Positions 16,593 to 25,792 are shown, counted from the stretch's first letter. The stretch is DNA of 64,000 nt from a virus (IMGVR_UViG_3300043432_000484:68755-132754); one strand, 5' to 3'. Notes: a model not told the origin generated them from the sequence alone. A program made the numbers and translations.

Positions 16593-17405
16593 CTATTCTA
16601 CTGTGTCTAGAATGTCTTCGATTGTGAGCTTGTCCAGCTCCTTCGAGACACGAGCGGCCACCAACTGGGCGTAGATCTCCATGGGGTCCATCTCCTCTCC
16701 GCCCTCTTCCTTGGCGCGCTTGAGGAAAAACTTGAACAGGACCTTCGCCGTGTATTTGCCGGCCGTGATGATGTCCCTGACGTCTTCCATGTCCCCCTGG
16801 ACATCCCCGATCCCGTCGGCGGTGATCGCATTGATGCTGATCTTCTTGGCGATGCCCGTCACAAAACCGTAGATGGACTTGCTGGCGAGCCCTCCGCCCC
16901 CGAGCAGAGCTACGACCGCTATCTGGACCGCCACATCCCGGGCAACCGTCTGCATAGCCTTGGACTGCTCTGGGGTGACCTTCTTGCCGGTCAGGAGGGC
17001 CTTGACTCCGGTGCCGCAAGCCTTGAACTCCGCGATCTCATCCTTCGAGTGCTTCAGCGCATTCCTGGCAAACGTGCCGGGCGCCTTCTTGATCTCTTCA
17101 GCGGCCGTGCTGAGGGCCTTCTTCCGGTGCTCAGGGTCGGTCAGAAACTTGTGGGCTTCCTTGGGGAGCTTCTTGATGGCCGCCGCAATTCTCTTGTCCA
17201 GCTTGGCTGGGAGGAGGGGGACCTTGGGCTCGTTACCACTCTCCTCGGGCTCCTTTTTGGGTTCCGGGTGCTTGGCCGCGGGGGCCACCGAGTGGTTCGC
17301 CTTGTCGGCCTTAGGATGCTCCTTCAGGTAGTCCTGAAGGGCCTTGTCCGATGGGAACTCTTTTGCCTGCAGGTAGCGGCGGGCAACGCGGTGAGCCGAA
17401 TCCAT
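16593..17405 (-). CDS. hypothetical protein, possibly virion-associated
   Basis: starts MDSAHRVARRY; strong GC3 bias. Confidence 0.7.
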   Translation of the reverse strand: MDSAHRVARRYLQAKEFPSDKALQDYLKEHPKADKANHSVAPAAKHPEPKKEPEESGNEPKVPLLPAKLDKRIAAAIKKLPKEAHKFLTDPEHRKKALSTAAEEIKKAPGTFARNALKHSKDEIAEFKACGTGVKALLTGKKVTPEQSKAMQTVARDVAVQIAVVALLGGGGLASKSIYGFVTGIAKKISINAITADGIGDVQGDMEDVRDIITAGKYTAKVLFKFFLKRAKEEGGEEMDPMEIYAQLVAARVSKELDKLTIEDILDTVE

Positions 17406-17556
17406 ACCACAGGCAGGGCACAAGAAGGATCGCGTGACGGTGGCCGGCTTTCCACCTGGCTCTTGCATGGCACCATTAGGTTTACAGCCCCCGGCCCCAT
17501 GCGGCCTCAGGCGTCCGTTGGTGCTGGCCTCTTACGCCAGCCGCACCATCACACGG

Positions 17557-17627
17557 CGTCCCTAGAAGGAATCGAACCTTCACCGCTGGTTTCGGAAACC
17601 AGTACTCGTCCGTCGAGCTGCAGGGAC
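17557..17627 (-). tRNA. tRNA-Arg(CCG)
   Basis: cloverleaf, loop TT-CCG-AA. Confidence 0.9.
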
Positions 17628-17689
17628 ATTCTTCCGATTCGAACCAAACACTTTGTGCAACTGCTGATCTATTCATACACCACCCAGAT

Positions 17690-18217
17690 ATGCACCCGTG
17701 TGACCATTGCCAGACAGAAACCAGTAACCCTCGTTTCTGCTCCAAGTCTTGTTCAGCTAAGCATACCAACAAAGAGGCCCCAAAACGAAAAAGGGTGAAC
17801 TTCTGCTCTTGCGGAAGCCCCCGTAGGAGTGGTGTGGCATTCTGCTCAAGTTGTGTCAAGGCTAGGGCTGCCAGCATCAAAACTCGAACTCTGGGAGAGT
17901 ATCGCCAGATGCTATCTGTAAGGGGTAAGCACAGCTCATGGACACATGCCCATATCCGAGCGCTTAATCGGGATTGGAATCGAGACTTGACCAGTCTACC
18001 GTGCTTAGCATGCGGGTACTCAAAGCATGTAGAGCTATGCCACATCAAACCGGTATCTGAGTTTCATGATGGCGCTACTTTAGGAGAGGTCAATGCACCG
18101 AAAAACTTGTTGGTGCTTTGCAGGAATCATCACTGGGAGTTTGATCACGGTCATATTACACTGGCATGCTTGCTTGCGCCTTCGGCTGGACTCGAACCAG
18201 CATGTAAAACGGCTTAG
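17690..18217 (+). CDS. HNH endonuclease
   Basis: CLACGY...CHIKP...NLLVLCRNHHWEFD. Confidence 0.85.
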   Translation: MHPCDHCQTETSNPRFCSKSCSAKHTNKEAPKRKRVNFCSCGSPRRSGVAFCSSCVKARAASIKTRTLGEYRQMLSVRGKHSSWTHAHIRALNRDWNRDLTSLPCLACGYSKHVELCHIKPVSEFHDGATLGEVNAPKNLLVLCRNHHWEFDHGHITLACLLAPSAGLEPACKTA

Positions 18218-18250
18218 AAGACCGCTGCCCATCCTTTGGACCACGAAGGC
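18177..18250 (-). tRNA. tRNA-Arg(TCT)
   Basis: cloverleaf, loop CT-TCT-AA. Confidence 0.9.
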
Positions 18251-18300
18251 ATTGAGGCAGCTGGGTTGTTCATCCCCTTGAGGCACGCTGCTATGCCAGG

Positions 18301-18372
18301 AGGCGTGGGTCAGATTCGAACTGACGAATAACGGGGTTGCAATCCGCTCCCTTTCCTCTTGGGTACCACGCC
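18301..18372 (-). tRNA. tRNA-Cys(GCA)
   Basis: cloverleaf, U73. Confidence 0.9.
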
Positions 18373-18384
18373 AAAAATTCACAA

Positions 18385-18816
18385 TCACAACACCCCACCG
18401 TTCCTAACGTAAGTCCTAAGACGATGGCATACAGCACACACTAAATCACACTTGGAGATCTCATCCATCACCTTCTCCCAAGAATTCCCAAAAGTACCAG
18501 CCATCCAAGAAACATTCCCGGATTTAGTCGTTCCTTCTCGGTGATCGAAATCCATGGCATATGGGTGAAAATAACACCCACAATCCACGCAGGGGCGTCC
18601 CGTCTTATACTCTTGGAGTTTGCTCGCGATCCTAGTGCGTCTGGATTTGGCGTTATCGAGGTACGTGTCACGGTTAGACACGTAATGCTCCCTATGGCTG
18701 ATCTTCTTGCAGGATTTACAGTACGACTGATACCTAATGGACCCGTCCTGATACGTGCCCCTTCTAGTAAAAGCACTCTCTGGTTTAAACTCCCTACATT
18801 TACTGCACGCCAACAT
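18385..18816 (-). CDS. HNH-like endonuclease (paralogue group A)
   Basis: CVDCG...MDFDH...EISKCDLVCAVCHR. Confidence 0.8.
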   Translation of the reverse strand: MLACSKCREFKPESAFTRRGTYQDGSIRYQSYCKSCKKISHREHYVSNRDTYLDNAKSRRTRIASKLQEYKTGRPCVDCGCYFHPYAMDFDHREGTTKSGNVSWMAGTFGNSWEKVMDEISKCDLVCAVCHRLRTYVRNGGVL

Positions 18817-18829
18817 GCATCCCCACCGA

Positions 18830-19348
18830 TCATTCTGCCAAATACTGCACTACCGCATGATGGTTGCTCTTGATCATCCTAACGATCAACCCCACCAACC
18901 GATTGCTCTGATCATACACCGGGCCGCCAGAATCTCCGATGCACATGGGAACGTCGTACATGAGGTCCCTGCCATCAATCGACACAACGCGACCCACACT
19001 CTCGATCTGTCGGTAATGCCCAAGAGGGCATCCCCACCCCAACAGCCTCGAAGTGTCTCCCACCTTAGGCTTGTGATCGGCCCACACCACATCTTTGATC
19101 CCCTTCAATCCCGGGACATGCAACATGGCCATATCCCATTCCGGGTTCGGAACAATCGGTAGATCAACTTTGAGCCCGTTGACCCACATCGGGCCTGGAC
19201 CCATGCAGTGAGCGGCAGTCAGGACCCAATGATTGTGGATCGGGACTCCGCTACATTGCATCCGATCCTTCTTGATGATCGTCACCTTCACCGAGGCGGG
19301 GGCCTGGCAACCAGCCAACAGGCACAGGAGAAGGAATCTGACTATCAT
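18830..19348 (-). CDS. trypsin-like serine protease, probable lipoprotein
   Basis: LLAGC lipobox; WVLTAAHC, DMAML, GDSGGP. Confidence 0.9.
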   Translation of the reverse strand: MIVRFLLLCLLAGCQAPASVKVTIIKKDRMQCSGVPIHNHWVLTAAHCMGPGPMWVNGLKVDLPIVPNPEWDMAMLHVPGLKGIKDVVWADHKPKVGDTSRLLGWGCPLGHYRQIESVGRVVSIDGRDLMYDVPMCIGDSGGPVYDQSNRLVGLIVRMIKSNHHAVVQYLAE

Positions 19349-19421
19349 GGAGCGACCGACAGGAATTGAACCCGCGTGTTCAGCTTGGAAGGCTGATGCC
19401 CTGCCACTAGGCCACGATCGC
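19348..19421 (-). tRNA. tRNA-Gly(TCC)
   Basis: cloverleaf, encoded CCA. Confidence 0.9.
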
Positions 19422-19433
19422 ATTATTCACTAG

Positions 19434-19520
19434 CGGAAGACAGAGCATTCGAAGCCCATACCCTTTCAGGTACGCATCCCTTTCCAGGGGAGCCCGGCGA
19501 GCCTTTCCGGTTTATCTTCC
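19434..19520 (-). tRNA. tRNA-Ser(GGA), 8/4 fold
   Basis: GGAAGATA/TGTCTTCC, loop CT-GGA-AA. Confidence 0.8.
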
Positions 19521-20078
19521 TCTATACCGCCACACCCCAAACAGCCCTGCTTCTCGAACCTCTTTCAAAACGAAAGACAGCATCTTCCATGCCTCATAAG
19601 GCATGTCTCCACGTAACAAATTACACCGAATGCAGCTAGGCAAGCAATTTTCATTAGTGTGTCCCAACTCATTGTCTTTTCGATCCAATGTCATGAGATT
19701 GGAGACGTCGCCGCAATACGTGCACGGCAAACTCAGAGACGCCTCAACAAAATCTCGCGTCAAATCAAACGTTCTCCCATAGCGACGATCAGACTTTCTA
19801 GCGTCGTCAAAAACGTACCAACCCCGGTTCTCCGGCTTTAGACGACGGCGTTTTTGCCGTTCGTTGATTGACTGTCGACTCTCTGTGGAGTAAACGTAGT
19901 TTTCGTGCCTTATGAAGTGTGAGATATCAAGACCATAGGCTTTGACTCGTTTGGCCACACTCATTTGAGCGCCACCACCCTGTTTCAAACCTAACTCACG
20001 CAACACCCCAGACATAGACGTGCTATTGGACACCGCCGAGGCTAAAAGTTCGCGAGAGTATTTGATCCTGATCGCCAT
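19512..20078 (-). CDS. HNH-like endonuclease
   Basis: CTYCG...LDRKDN..GH...NCLPSCIRCN. Confidence 0.8.
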   Translation of the reverse strand: MAIRIKYSRELLASAVSNSTSMSGVLRELGLKQGGGAQMSVAKRVKAYGLDISHFIRHENYVYSTESRQSINERQKRRRLKPENRGWYVFDDARKSDRRYGRTFDLTRDFVEASLSLPCTYCGDVSNLMTLDRKDNELGHTNENCLPSCIRCNLLRGDMPYEAWKMLSFVLKEVREAGLFGVWRYRGR

Positions 20079-20091
20079 CAGATATGGAAAA

Positions 20092-20706
20092 TCATAAGTA
20101 CATTTTCCAATTGGTAGGTAGAAGGTCTTTAGACAGCACCCAAGTAATGCCGCTCGGCTCCAAAACTAGCACATCAGTGCTCCCGCCAACCAATCCTGGT
20201 TTACCGATGCACTCCAGCAACCAAGACGTGGTGCCAACAAACCGAACAGCGAATCTCACGCCCATCCTCGTAGTTTGGATCATGGGCCGCAAGCCGTTCA
20301 TCACGTCTACCACACACCCCATCGTAAGAAAATAACTAACACCTTGGGGGATGACCTTCTCTTGACCTCCCCCGAACACTAAATGCCGGGCGTGATCTAT
20401 CCCGGCCCAATACCCCACGACTGTAAGCTCTAGGTCACAAGCTGATTGAAATCTCTGCCTCAAATCCCCACACACAGACTCTATTTCTGGTTTAGAGACC
20501 CAAGATTCCGAGATATCACGCAAATGGAACCCTATAGTAGCGCCCTCAAACTGAACGTCCCCCGCTACCGCGACTACAATGTCATGGCGCAAGACATGAA
20601 TTTTTTCAGCGGTGTAGTAGGATCCAGACCCGTCGGTGGAAATACTGCAACTATCCGCGGCTATTACCACTGATTCCAAAGTGCGTACTGTCACTATACA
20701 GGTCAT
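20092..20706 (-). CDS. Ntn-hydrolase (proteasome-beta/HslV-like) protein
   Basis: MTCIV...VIAADS...EKI...VAVAG; C-terminal VGG. Confidence 0.6.
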   Translation of the reverse strand: MTCIVTVRTLESVVIAADSCSISTDGSGSYYTAEKIHVLRHDIVVAVAGDVQFEGATIGFHLRDISESWVSKPEIESVCGDLRQRFQSACDLELTVVGYWAGIDHARHLVFGGGQEKVIPQGVSYFLTMGCVVDVMNGLRPMIQTTRMGVRFAVRFVGTTSWLLECIGKPGLVGGSTDVLVLEPSGITWVLSKDLLPTNWKMYL

Positions 20707-20711
20707 GAGTT

Positions 20712-20789
20712 TGGTAGGCCGTGAGGGAATCGAACCCTCCTGTGACCCGCTTATAAGACGGGCGCCTTCTCCAGATGTGCTAACGGCCC
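20712..20789 (-). tRNA. tRNA-Ile(TAT)
   Basis: loop CT-TAT-AA, A73, CCA. Confidence 0.85.
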
Positions 20790-20792
20790 AAA

Positions 20793-21008
20793 TCAGTTCT
20801 CGCTTCTCACTACACCGGGAGGGTCCTGCCACTCTATCTCCGTGGGAGACTTTGCGACCAAGATCTGCCCGGCACGCGGGGGCGTGGTGGTCAGTGCAAG
20901 CACATACTCCCCACGTTGGCTCTTCCTCGATGTGATGTGGATCTCGAAAGGGACCCTGCACACGTTGCATTCGTGGTACCCATGCCTGCATGTCTGATCG
21001 TTACTCAT
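20793..21008 (-). CDS. small hypothetical protein
   Basis: MSNDQTCRHGYHECNVC...; start overlaps the tRNA CCA. Confidence 0.45.
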   Translation of the reverse strand: MSNDQTCRHGYHECNVCRVPFEIHITSRKSQRGEYVLALTTTPPRAGQILVAKSPTEIEWQDPPGVVRSEN

Positions 21009-21083
21009 GGAGCCGTCGATGGGAGTCGAACCCACAAACTCCAACATACCAAGTTGGCGCTCGGCCACCCGAGCAACGACGGC
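21008..21083 (-). tRNA. tRNA-Thr(GGT)
   Basis: cloverleaf, CCA. Confidence 0.9.
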
Positions 21084-21093
21084 AAAATCTCTG

Positions 21094-21167
21094 TACCCAC
21101 CGAGGGAGTCGAACCCTCACCGTTGCGCGTTTTAAGTGCGCTGCCTCTGCCTTTGGGCTACGTGGGC
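21094..21167 (-). tRNA. tRNA-Leu(TAA), short variable loop
   Basis: loop CT-TAA-AA; variable AACGGT. Confidence 0.8.
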
Positions 21168-21175
21168 AAATCTAG

Positions 21176-21250
21176 TAGCGGCGGAGGGAGTCGAACCCTC
21201 ACTGAATGGGATTTGAAGCCATTGCCTCCTGCCAATTGGGCTACGCCGCC
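21176..21250 (-). tRNA. tRNA-Leu(CAA), short variable loop
   Basis: loop TT-CAA-AT; variable TCAGT. Confidence 0.75.
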
Positions 21251-21284
21251 ATGTGACACTAACCAGATCCTACAAATACACCAG

Positions 21285-21358
21285 GGGGGGGCCGACGGGA
21301 ATCGAACCCGCTACACATGATCCACAATCATGCCGCTAACCAATTGCGTTCGGTCCCC
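21285..21358 (-). tRNA. tRNA-His(GTG)
   Basis: G-1/C73, loop TT-GTG-GA. Confidence 0.85.
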
Positions 21359-21360
21359 AG

Positions 21361-21434
21361 TGCGGATGGAGGGAGTTGAACCCTCACTTGACGGCTTCTC
21401 GAACCGTTGCCTCTGCCAGTTGGGCTACATCCGC
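21361..21434 (-). tRNA. tRNA-Leu(GAG), short variable loop
   Basis: loop TC-GAG-AA; variable CAAGT. Confidence 0.8.
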
Positions 21435-21435
21435 A

Positions 21436-21521
21436 TGGTGCACGAGAGAGGAGTCGAACCTCCACGATCAAATGATCACCGGCTTCTGAGACCGGGGCGT
21501 CTGCCGTTTCGCCACTCGTGC
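21436..21521 (-). tRNA. tRNA-Leu(CAG), class II
   Basis: long variable arm, CCA. Confidence 0.9.
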
Positions 21522-21523
21522 AT

Positions 21524-21598
21524 TGGTACCGCGGGAGGGACTCGAACCCACCTAGTTCTCCGTGTAAAAGAGATGCCCTCCCCGAGGACGACCGCGGC
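21524..21598 (-). tRNA. tRNA-Val(TAC)
   Basis: cloverleaf, CCA. Confidence 0.9.
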
Positions 21599-21605
21599 AT
21601 GAAAA

Positions 21606-22199
21606 TCAGTCGATGCGTTGTAGCAGCTTCTTGACCAAACGCATCATTGTCAACCCCGCAAGCTCGGGATTGGTGGCGATCGCTTGCTCGTGGATCGCCT
21701 TCGAGAAATCAGACCCTCCCTGGAGCTTGGTTGGAATGTACCCAACCCAAACCAATGGGTACCCACCATGGATCCCTAGAGTCAGAGCAATCGTCTCTAG
21801 GGCGGGGTAACCGGAGAAATAGTAGTAGAGCTTGAGCCGCTGCTGAGTGGCTCTCATGTAGAACTTATCGTGAAACTTTTTGCTCAGTTGGTTCTGGAAG
21901 CTAGGGAGCATTACCTCCATAGAGAGCTTGGCATCGTCGAACACCAGCTGCTTGGCATCCTTCACCACTTCGGGCGACTCATGCAGCTTGGGGTTGAGAA
22001 TCGGAGGAGGCTCATTCCGCAGCTCACGCTGGCGCTCTGGCGTCATCGGGCGAGCCGGAAGCACTGGAAACAGCCCTCTGGCTACCTTCAGCTGACCCTC
22101 AACCCAGCCCACCACTTCCGGGCTGGGCTCCGGGCCACCGGTGGCGGCCTGAACCGCCCAACGGGCGGCAACGCGGAGAGTCCTCTTGTCCATCATCAT
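21606..22199 (-). CDS. hypothetical protein
   Basis: starts MMMDKRTLRVAARW. Confidence 0.6.
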   Translation of the reverse strand: MMMDKRTLRVAARWAVQAATGGPEPSPEVVGWVEGQLKVARGLFPVLPARPMTPERQRELRNEPPPILNPKLHESPEVVKDAKQLVFDDAKLSMEVMLPSFQNQLSKKFHDKFYMRATQQRLKLYYYFSGYPALETIALTLGIHGGYPLVWVGYIPTKLQGGSDFSKAIHEQAIATNPELAGLTMMRLVKKLLQRID

Positions 22200-22220
22200 T
22201 GCGCCTGGATAAGAAGACTG

Positions 22221-22293
22221 TGGAGCCTGCGGGCTCTGCCCCCGCCACCTCAACCATGCCATGGTCGCGCTCTCCTGAATGAGCTAAGGCCCC
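22221..22293 (-). tRNA. tRNA-Ala(GGC) with a non-canonical T-loop
   Basis: G3:U70, loop AT-GGC-AT, T-loop GGCAGAG. Confidence 0.75.
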
Positions 22294-22362
22294 AGAACAT
22301 CGAGGGCGGGCGCCGAGCTTTCACAAGCACTGCTACTTGCTCGGCACCCGATGCTTACCCAG

Positions 22363-22434
22363 TGGAGAGTACGGGAATCGAACCCGTCAACTGCTGTGTG
22401 CGAGACAGCACCGGCCCCTTGCCTGTCACTCCCC
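22363..22434 (-). tRNA. tRNA-Ala(CGC)
   Basis: G3:U70, loop CT-CGC-AC. Confidence 0.85.
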
Positions 22435-22974
22435 GTTCGTATCTACCGAATTATGAGCGGCAACCGCTAAGCAAAACTCGACCAAGCTCTCGTCTGAATA
22501 GGTGTTCCGAGCAAGATTGGCCATGACGCTAACGAATCTGACATTACCCTCCACATAGCCTAAAGAGCAATCGATCCTGTCAAGGCTAGCATTCCTGGGA
22601 GATGGGGTTTCCCAACCTGAAGTGCATGAAGGTAGAATCAACTTCCACCCCGTAATAGGGCACACACCTTCCTGCGAATTCCATACACTAGACAGATACA
22701 CCAGGGTCAAACTGGTAGCACCCCGATGGCGTCTATCCTTAGCCTTAGCCCTCAAAAGGAACCAACGAAACGGAGCGTGCTCGTCTCTGCTTCGAGGACG
22801 CAAGTTAGTTAGGTTGCCAGGTCCTGGATGAGTCTTATTGCGTTCGGTCATTGCACAAGAATGACCGCAAAAGAATCGGGTTCTGCCTTGTTTGACCCAA
22901 CGATTATGCTCCCTTGTCAATTTCAAAAAGGGGGATGAGCAGTTGGCACACAGTAGTTCGATCTTGTTAGGCAT
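22426..22974 (-). CDS. HNH-like endonuclease
   Basis: QEGVCPITG...ASLDRID..GY.EGNVRFV...N. Confidence 0.85.
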   Translation of the reverse strand: MPNKIELLCANCSSPFLKLTREHNRWVKQGRTRFFCGHSCAMTERNKTHPGPGNLTNLRPRSRDEHAPFRWFLLRAKAKDRRHRGATSLTLVYLSSVWNSQEGVCPITGWKLILPSCTSGWETPSPRNASLDRIDCSLGYVEGNVRFVSVMANLARNTYSDESLVEFCLAVAAHNSVDTNGE

Positions 22975-23330
22975 GGTGGAAACGGGTGGAGTCGAACCAC
23001 CGTCCAGAAACGATCCGAGACGAGTACTACGAACGTATCCTCTTGTTGCTACGTGGCTCGGTTCACCAAGAGGCGGCTACCCGGCCACGTTCCGACTGTT
23101 TCTAGTGAGTGTCGGTCGGAAACACCTGACTCACCGAACCCTTGTACTTTCTCAGCCCTCCGAGCCGCGTCCCCCAAGGGTAGGGAAGCTCGAAGTTTAG
23201 CGCCTCAGGCCGCTACGGCAAAACCGTTGTCGTTGGCTTTTGTATCGTCCAGACAGGATTTACGTGGTCACCTGGACCCACGGTTCGCACTCCATCACTT
23301 CAGCGTCCCTGTCGAAACCGGGGCGTTCCC
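22974..23330 (-). ncRNA. ssrA: tmRNA, tag peptide ANDNGFAVAA*
   Basis: 5' GGGAACG...TTCGAC; 3' T-arm plus CGTTTCC-A-CCA with G3:U70; tag ORF 23237-23205. Confidence 0.92.
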
Positions 23331-23342
23331 AAACTTCACTAG

Positions 23343-23415
23343 AGCCCTAGATCGGGATCGAACCGACCAAAACCTGAGTACAAAACAGGGGCCTCACCAT
23401 TGAGGCGACTAGGGC
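23343..23415 (-). tRNA. tRNA-Thr(TGT)
   Basis: cloverleaf. Confidence 0.88.
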
Positions 23416-23420
23416 AAAAC

Positions 23421-23696
23421 TCACTTCAAGCTCAACCTCGCGCCGTCCCTCTTCAGAAAGGTGGCTGTGCTGAGCACGATCTTCATGTCCACGTCTGACG
23501 GTTGGAAGTCCCCGCCGCAATACTCGCAGGCCTCTTGGAGCAACTCTTCTTCTGTGAAGGAGCCTTCTGGGTCCTTGGTCAGGGTGATCGCGGCTAGCTC
23601 AAGGAGCGTCACGATCGCTTCGAGATCTTCTGGGTCCCATGGTGTGATCTCCACCTTGGGAGGAGACTTGTCGGAGCCTTCAAAGTCGTAGCTCAT
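23421..23696 (-). CDS. acidic hypothetical protein
   Basis: 91 aa, coupled to the upstream ORF. Confidence 0.6.
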   Translation of the reverse strand: MSYDFEGSDKSPPKVEITPWDPEDLEAIVTLLELAAITLTKDPEGSFTEEELLQEACEYCGGDFQPSDVDMKIVLSTATFLKRDGARLSLK

Positions 23697-24082
23697 TCGT
23701 CCTCGTCTTCCGGGTCACCATCGGGGAAGCACACTCGGCACCTTCCACCGCACCGGCTCCCTCTTTCCTCATTGTAGAGGGCATGCTTCTCTGGGTCCAC
23801 ATCCGTGTCAAGGATCGCAGAGTCCAGGAATGCTGAGAGGTACTGCTGCACCTTCTCACGACCCATGCACTCGGTGTCGACGAAGACACCTTTCTGGGTT
23901 TGCACGATCGTGATCTCACCGAATCCGAACCCCGTCTCGGAGAACTGAAACACCACCACAACCTCTTCGGGTGGTATCTCCAGCGGGTGAAGCCCTTCTT
24001 GCGGAGCCCCCGCTTTGTGTGACCCGTAGCTCAACGTTACCTTCGTTGGGATCCCGGCCATGATTTCTTTAAGGGTCTTCAT
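23693..24082 (-). CDS. hypothetical protein
   Basis: 129 aa. Confidence 0.6.
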   Translation of the reverse strand: MKTLKEIMAGIPTKVTLSYGSHKAGAPQEGLHPLEIPPEEVVVVFQFSETGFGFGEITIVQTQKGVFVDTECMGREKVQQYLSAFLDSAILDTDVDPEKHALYNEERGSRCGGRCRVCFPDGDPEDEDE

Positions 24083-24084
24083 AC

Positions 24085-24552
24085 CTATTCCCTGGACCGA
24101 TTACCGAATGTAGGAGTTTGCCAATGACAATTAGGGCATAGAAAACGTAGGTTGCTCAATCGATTGTCTTTCCAATTTCCATCAACGTGGTCGACAGGGA
24201 GGTATAGAGCTTTTCCGTTCCACTCAGGACCTAACCCACACTCAGCACATTTATGAGGTATACCTACCTCCAGAAGAGCCCGACGCAGTTGGTGTCCAGG
24301 TACCCTTTTTGAGTACCCGTCCCGCAGTATAACTTCAGATGACTTACGATTCTTAGGGGGTTCCCCCAGATTATGGCGTAAACCTAGGAAATGAGATGTG
24401 TCTATACCGAGTGACAGCACCCTTTCCTTGATGTGGCGAGTCAGACCGCCAGATCGATCATTTGCCCCTAACTCTCTCATCATCCCCATCCAGGTTGTGG
24501 ATCTGGAAGCAGCCGTACTTAGGTCCTCGTTTGTATATTTGACATGACTCAT
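24085..24552 (-). CDS. HNH endonuclease
   Basis: CAECG...VDHVDG...NR..NLRFLCPNCH. Confidence 0.9.
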   Translation of the reverse strand: MSHVKYTNEDLSTAASRSTTWMGMMRELGANDRSGGLTRHIKERVLSLGIDTSHFLGLRHNLGEPPKNRKSSEVILRDGYSKRVPGHQLRRALLEVGIPHKCAECGLGPEWNGKALYLPVDHVDGNWKDNRLSNLRFLCPNCHWQTPTFGNRSRE

Positions 24553-24555
24553 TCG

Positions 24556-24627
24556 TCGCTCCATCGGGAATCGAACCCGCAGAGTATCGGCTTATGAAAC
24601 CGACCCACCCACCTTGAGCGTGGAGCG
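24556..24627 (-). tRNA. tRNA-Met(CAT), somewhat degenerate
   Basis: loop TT-CAT-AA; weak D-arm. Confidence 0.65.
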
Positions 24628-24746
24628 ATTGTGAGCCGATAGCCCGCTCAGCCTTCCTGGCAGCCGCTACAAACCTGCAGCCCTAGCCAGTATCTCTGAA
24701 CGGACACCTTGGGTTTGTCCTCACTCGGCTCTCGATGAGGCAAGGT

Positions 24747-24823
24747 TGGTAGCGCCGGAGAGATTTGAACTCTCACTGATCCGCCTCTAAAACGGATGCC
24801 TCTGCCAGTTGGGCTACGGCGCC
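24747..24823 (-). tRNA. tRNA-Leu(TAG), short variable loop
   Basis: loop TT-TAG-AG; variable TCAGT; CCA. Confidence 0.8.
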
Positions 24824-25228
24824 ATGTTTTCTAACGTAAGTGCGTAACCTGTGACAGTTGGAGCACACCAATTCACACTTGGCTATCTCCCTGAGCAGGG
24901 ATTCCCTAGATAGGTCCTTCCTACGGGCTATCGTAAACTTCTTGTCTGACAAGTGATCAAAATCCATCTGTACAGGATGGTATGTTCCCTTGCAATCGGT
25001 ACAAGGCCCTGATTTCAACTCATTCAACCAAGCCGATGTAATAGGTACAACCCTCTTACGCCTGCTGGTAGCCTTGTCCACATACCTCTGCTTGTTATCG
25101 GCATAATGGGATTTTGCGTACTCCTTAGCGCACTTCTTGCAGTATGGTTGAAGAGTGCCCTTGGCCTTGCGTTCCCCGAATGCGTTTGAAGGCAAGTCCC
25201 TCTTGCATTTACCAGCACATATTGGCAT
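24773..25228 (-). CDS. HNH-like endonuclease (paralogue group A)
   Basis: CTDC...MDFDH...EIAKCELVCSNCHR; runs into the tRNA. Confidence 0.8.
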   Translation of the reverse strand: MPICAGKCKRDLPSNAFGERKAKGTLQPYCKKCAKEYAKSHYADNKQRYVDKATSRRKRVVPITSAWLNELKSGPCTDCKGTYHPVQMDFDHLSDKKFTIARRKDLSRESLLREIAKCELVCSNCHRLRTYVRKHGAVAQLAEASVLEADQ

Positions 25229-25235
25229 GACTTTT

Positions 25236-25310
25236 GGGTATCATACGGGAATCGAACCCGCCAAGGTCGCTTTCACAGAGCGCCCGGTTCACCAGCTCCA
25301 TCATGACACC
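25236..25310 (-). tRNA. tRNA-His(GTG), second copy
   Basis: loop CT-GTG-AA; GGTGTCAT/ATGATACC. Confidence 0.75.
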
Positions 25311-25316
25311 ATATGT

Positions 25317-25649
25317 TCAGTTTACACCCGTGGGCTCATTCATCCCTCGGGCAAAATGTGATTGGTACTCCAACAGCGTCTGCGTAGCGAAACGCCGGTT
25401 GCGCTGGAAGTACACCCTCAGTTGACAGTTGAGCCCCATGATAGTGGCCTCTGTGATCGCGAGGGTAATCATGTTCAGAACCCGACCTTGCAGGTCAACG
25501 GCCGGGCACGCCACCAGCACCCCATCAGAGCACAGACCGACTGAGAGCTTGAACCCGGGCTTTGGTATGAACCCAGCCCGTCCGAACTCCACTGACAGGA
25601 TCGCTTGGATGTCATCCAGCACTTGATCGCTGTAGGGTTCCGCAGTCAT
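25317..25649 (-). CDS. hypothetical protein
   Basis: 110 aa; ATG immediately after the CCA of the ncRNA. Confidence 0.5.
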   Translation of the reverse strand: MTAEPYSDQVLDDIQAILSVEFGRAGFIPKPGFKLSVGLCSDGVLVACPAVDLQGRVLNMITLAITEATIMGLNCQLRVYFQRNRRFATQTLLEYQSHFARGMNEPTGVN

Positions 25650-25792
25650 TGGCGCCGTTTCCTGGAGTCGAACCAGAATGTCTTGTGAGGAACTGCTGGG
25701 TGCGCCCTTACGGGTGCGAGATGCTGATCCTGGGATAGAGCTTTCGCTCCAGCTTGAAAGGCTGGTGGGGAACCGGTCCCCTGTAAAACGGC
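25650..25792 (-). ncRNA. tRNA-like RNA carrying the conserved motif in the variable-arm position (element A1)
   Basis: acceptor GCCGTTT/AAACGGC+G+CCA, T-arm, TTC anticodon-like arm, insert ATCTC-G[hairpin]C-ACC...CACAAG. Confidence 0.7.

Noticed and set aside
21176-21250. Possible opal suppressor (CT-TCA-AA in the anticodon region)
   Set aside because: Register from the D-arm and comparison with the sibling Leu tRNAs give loop TT-CAA-AT, i.e. Leu(CAA).
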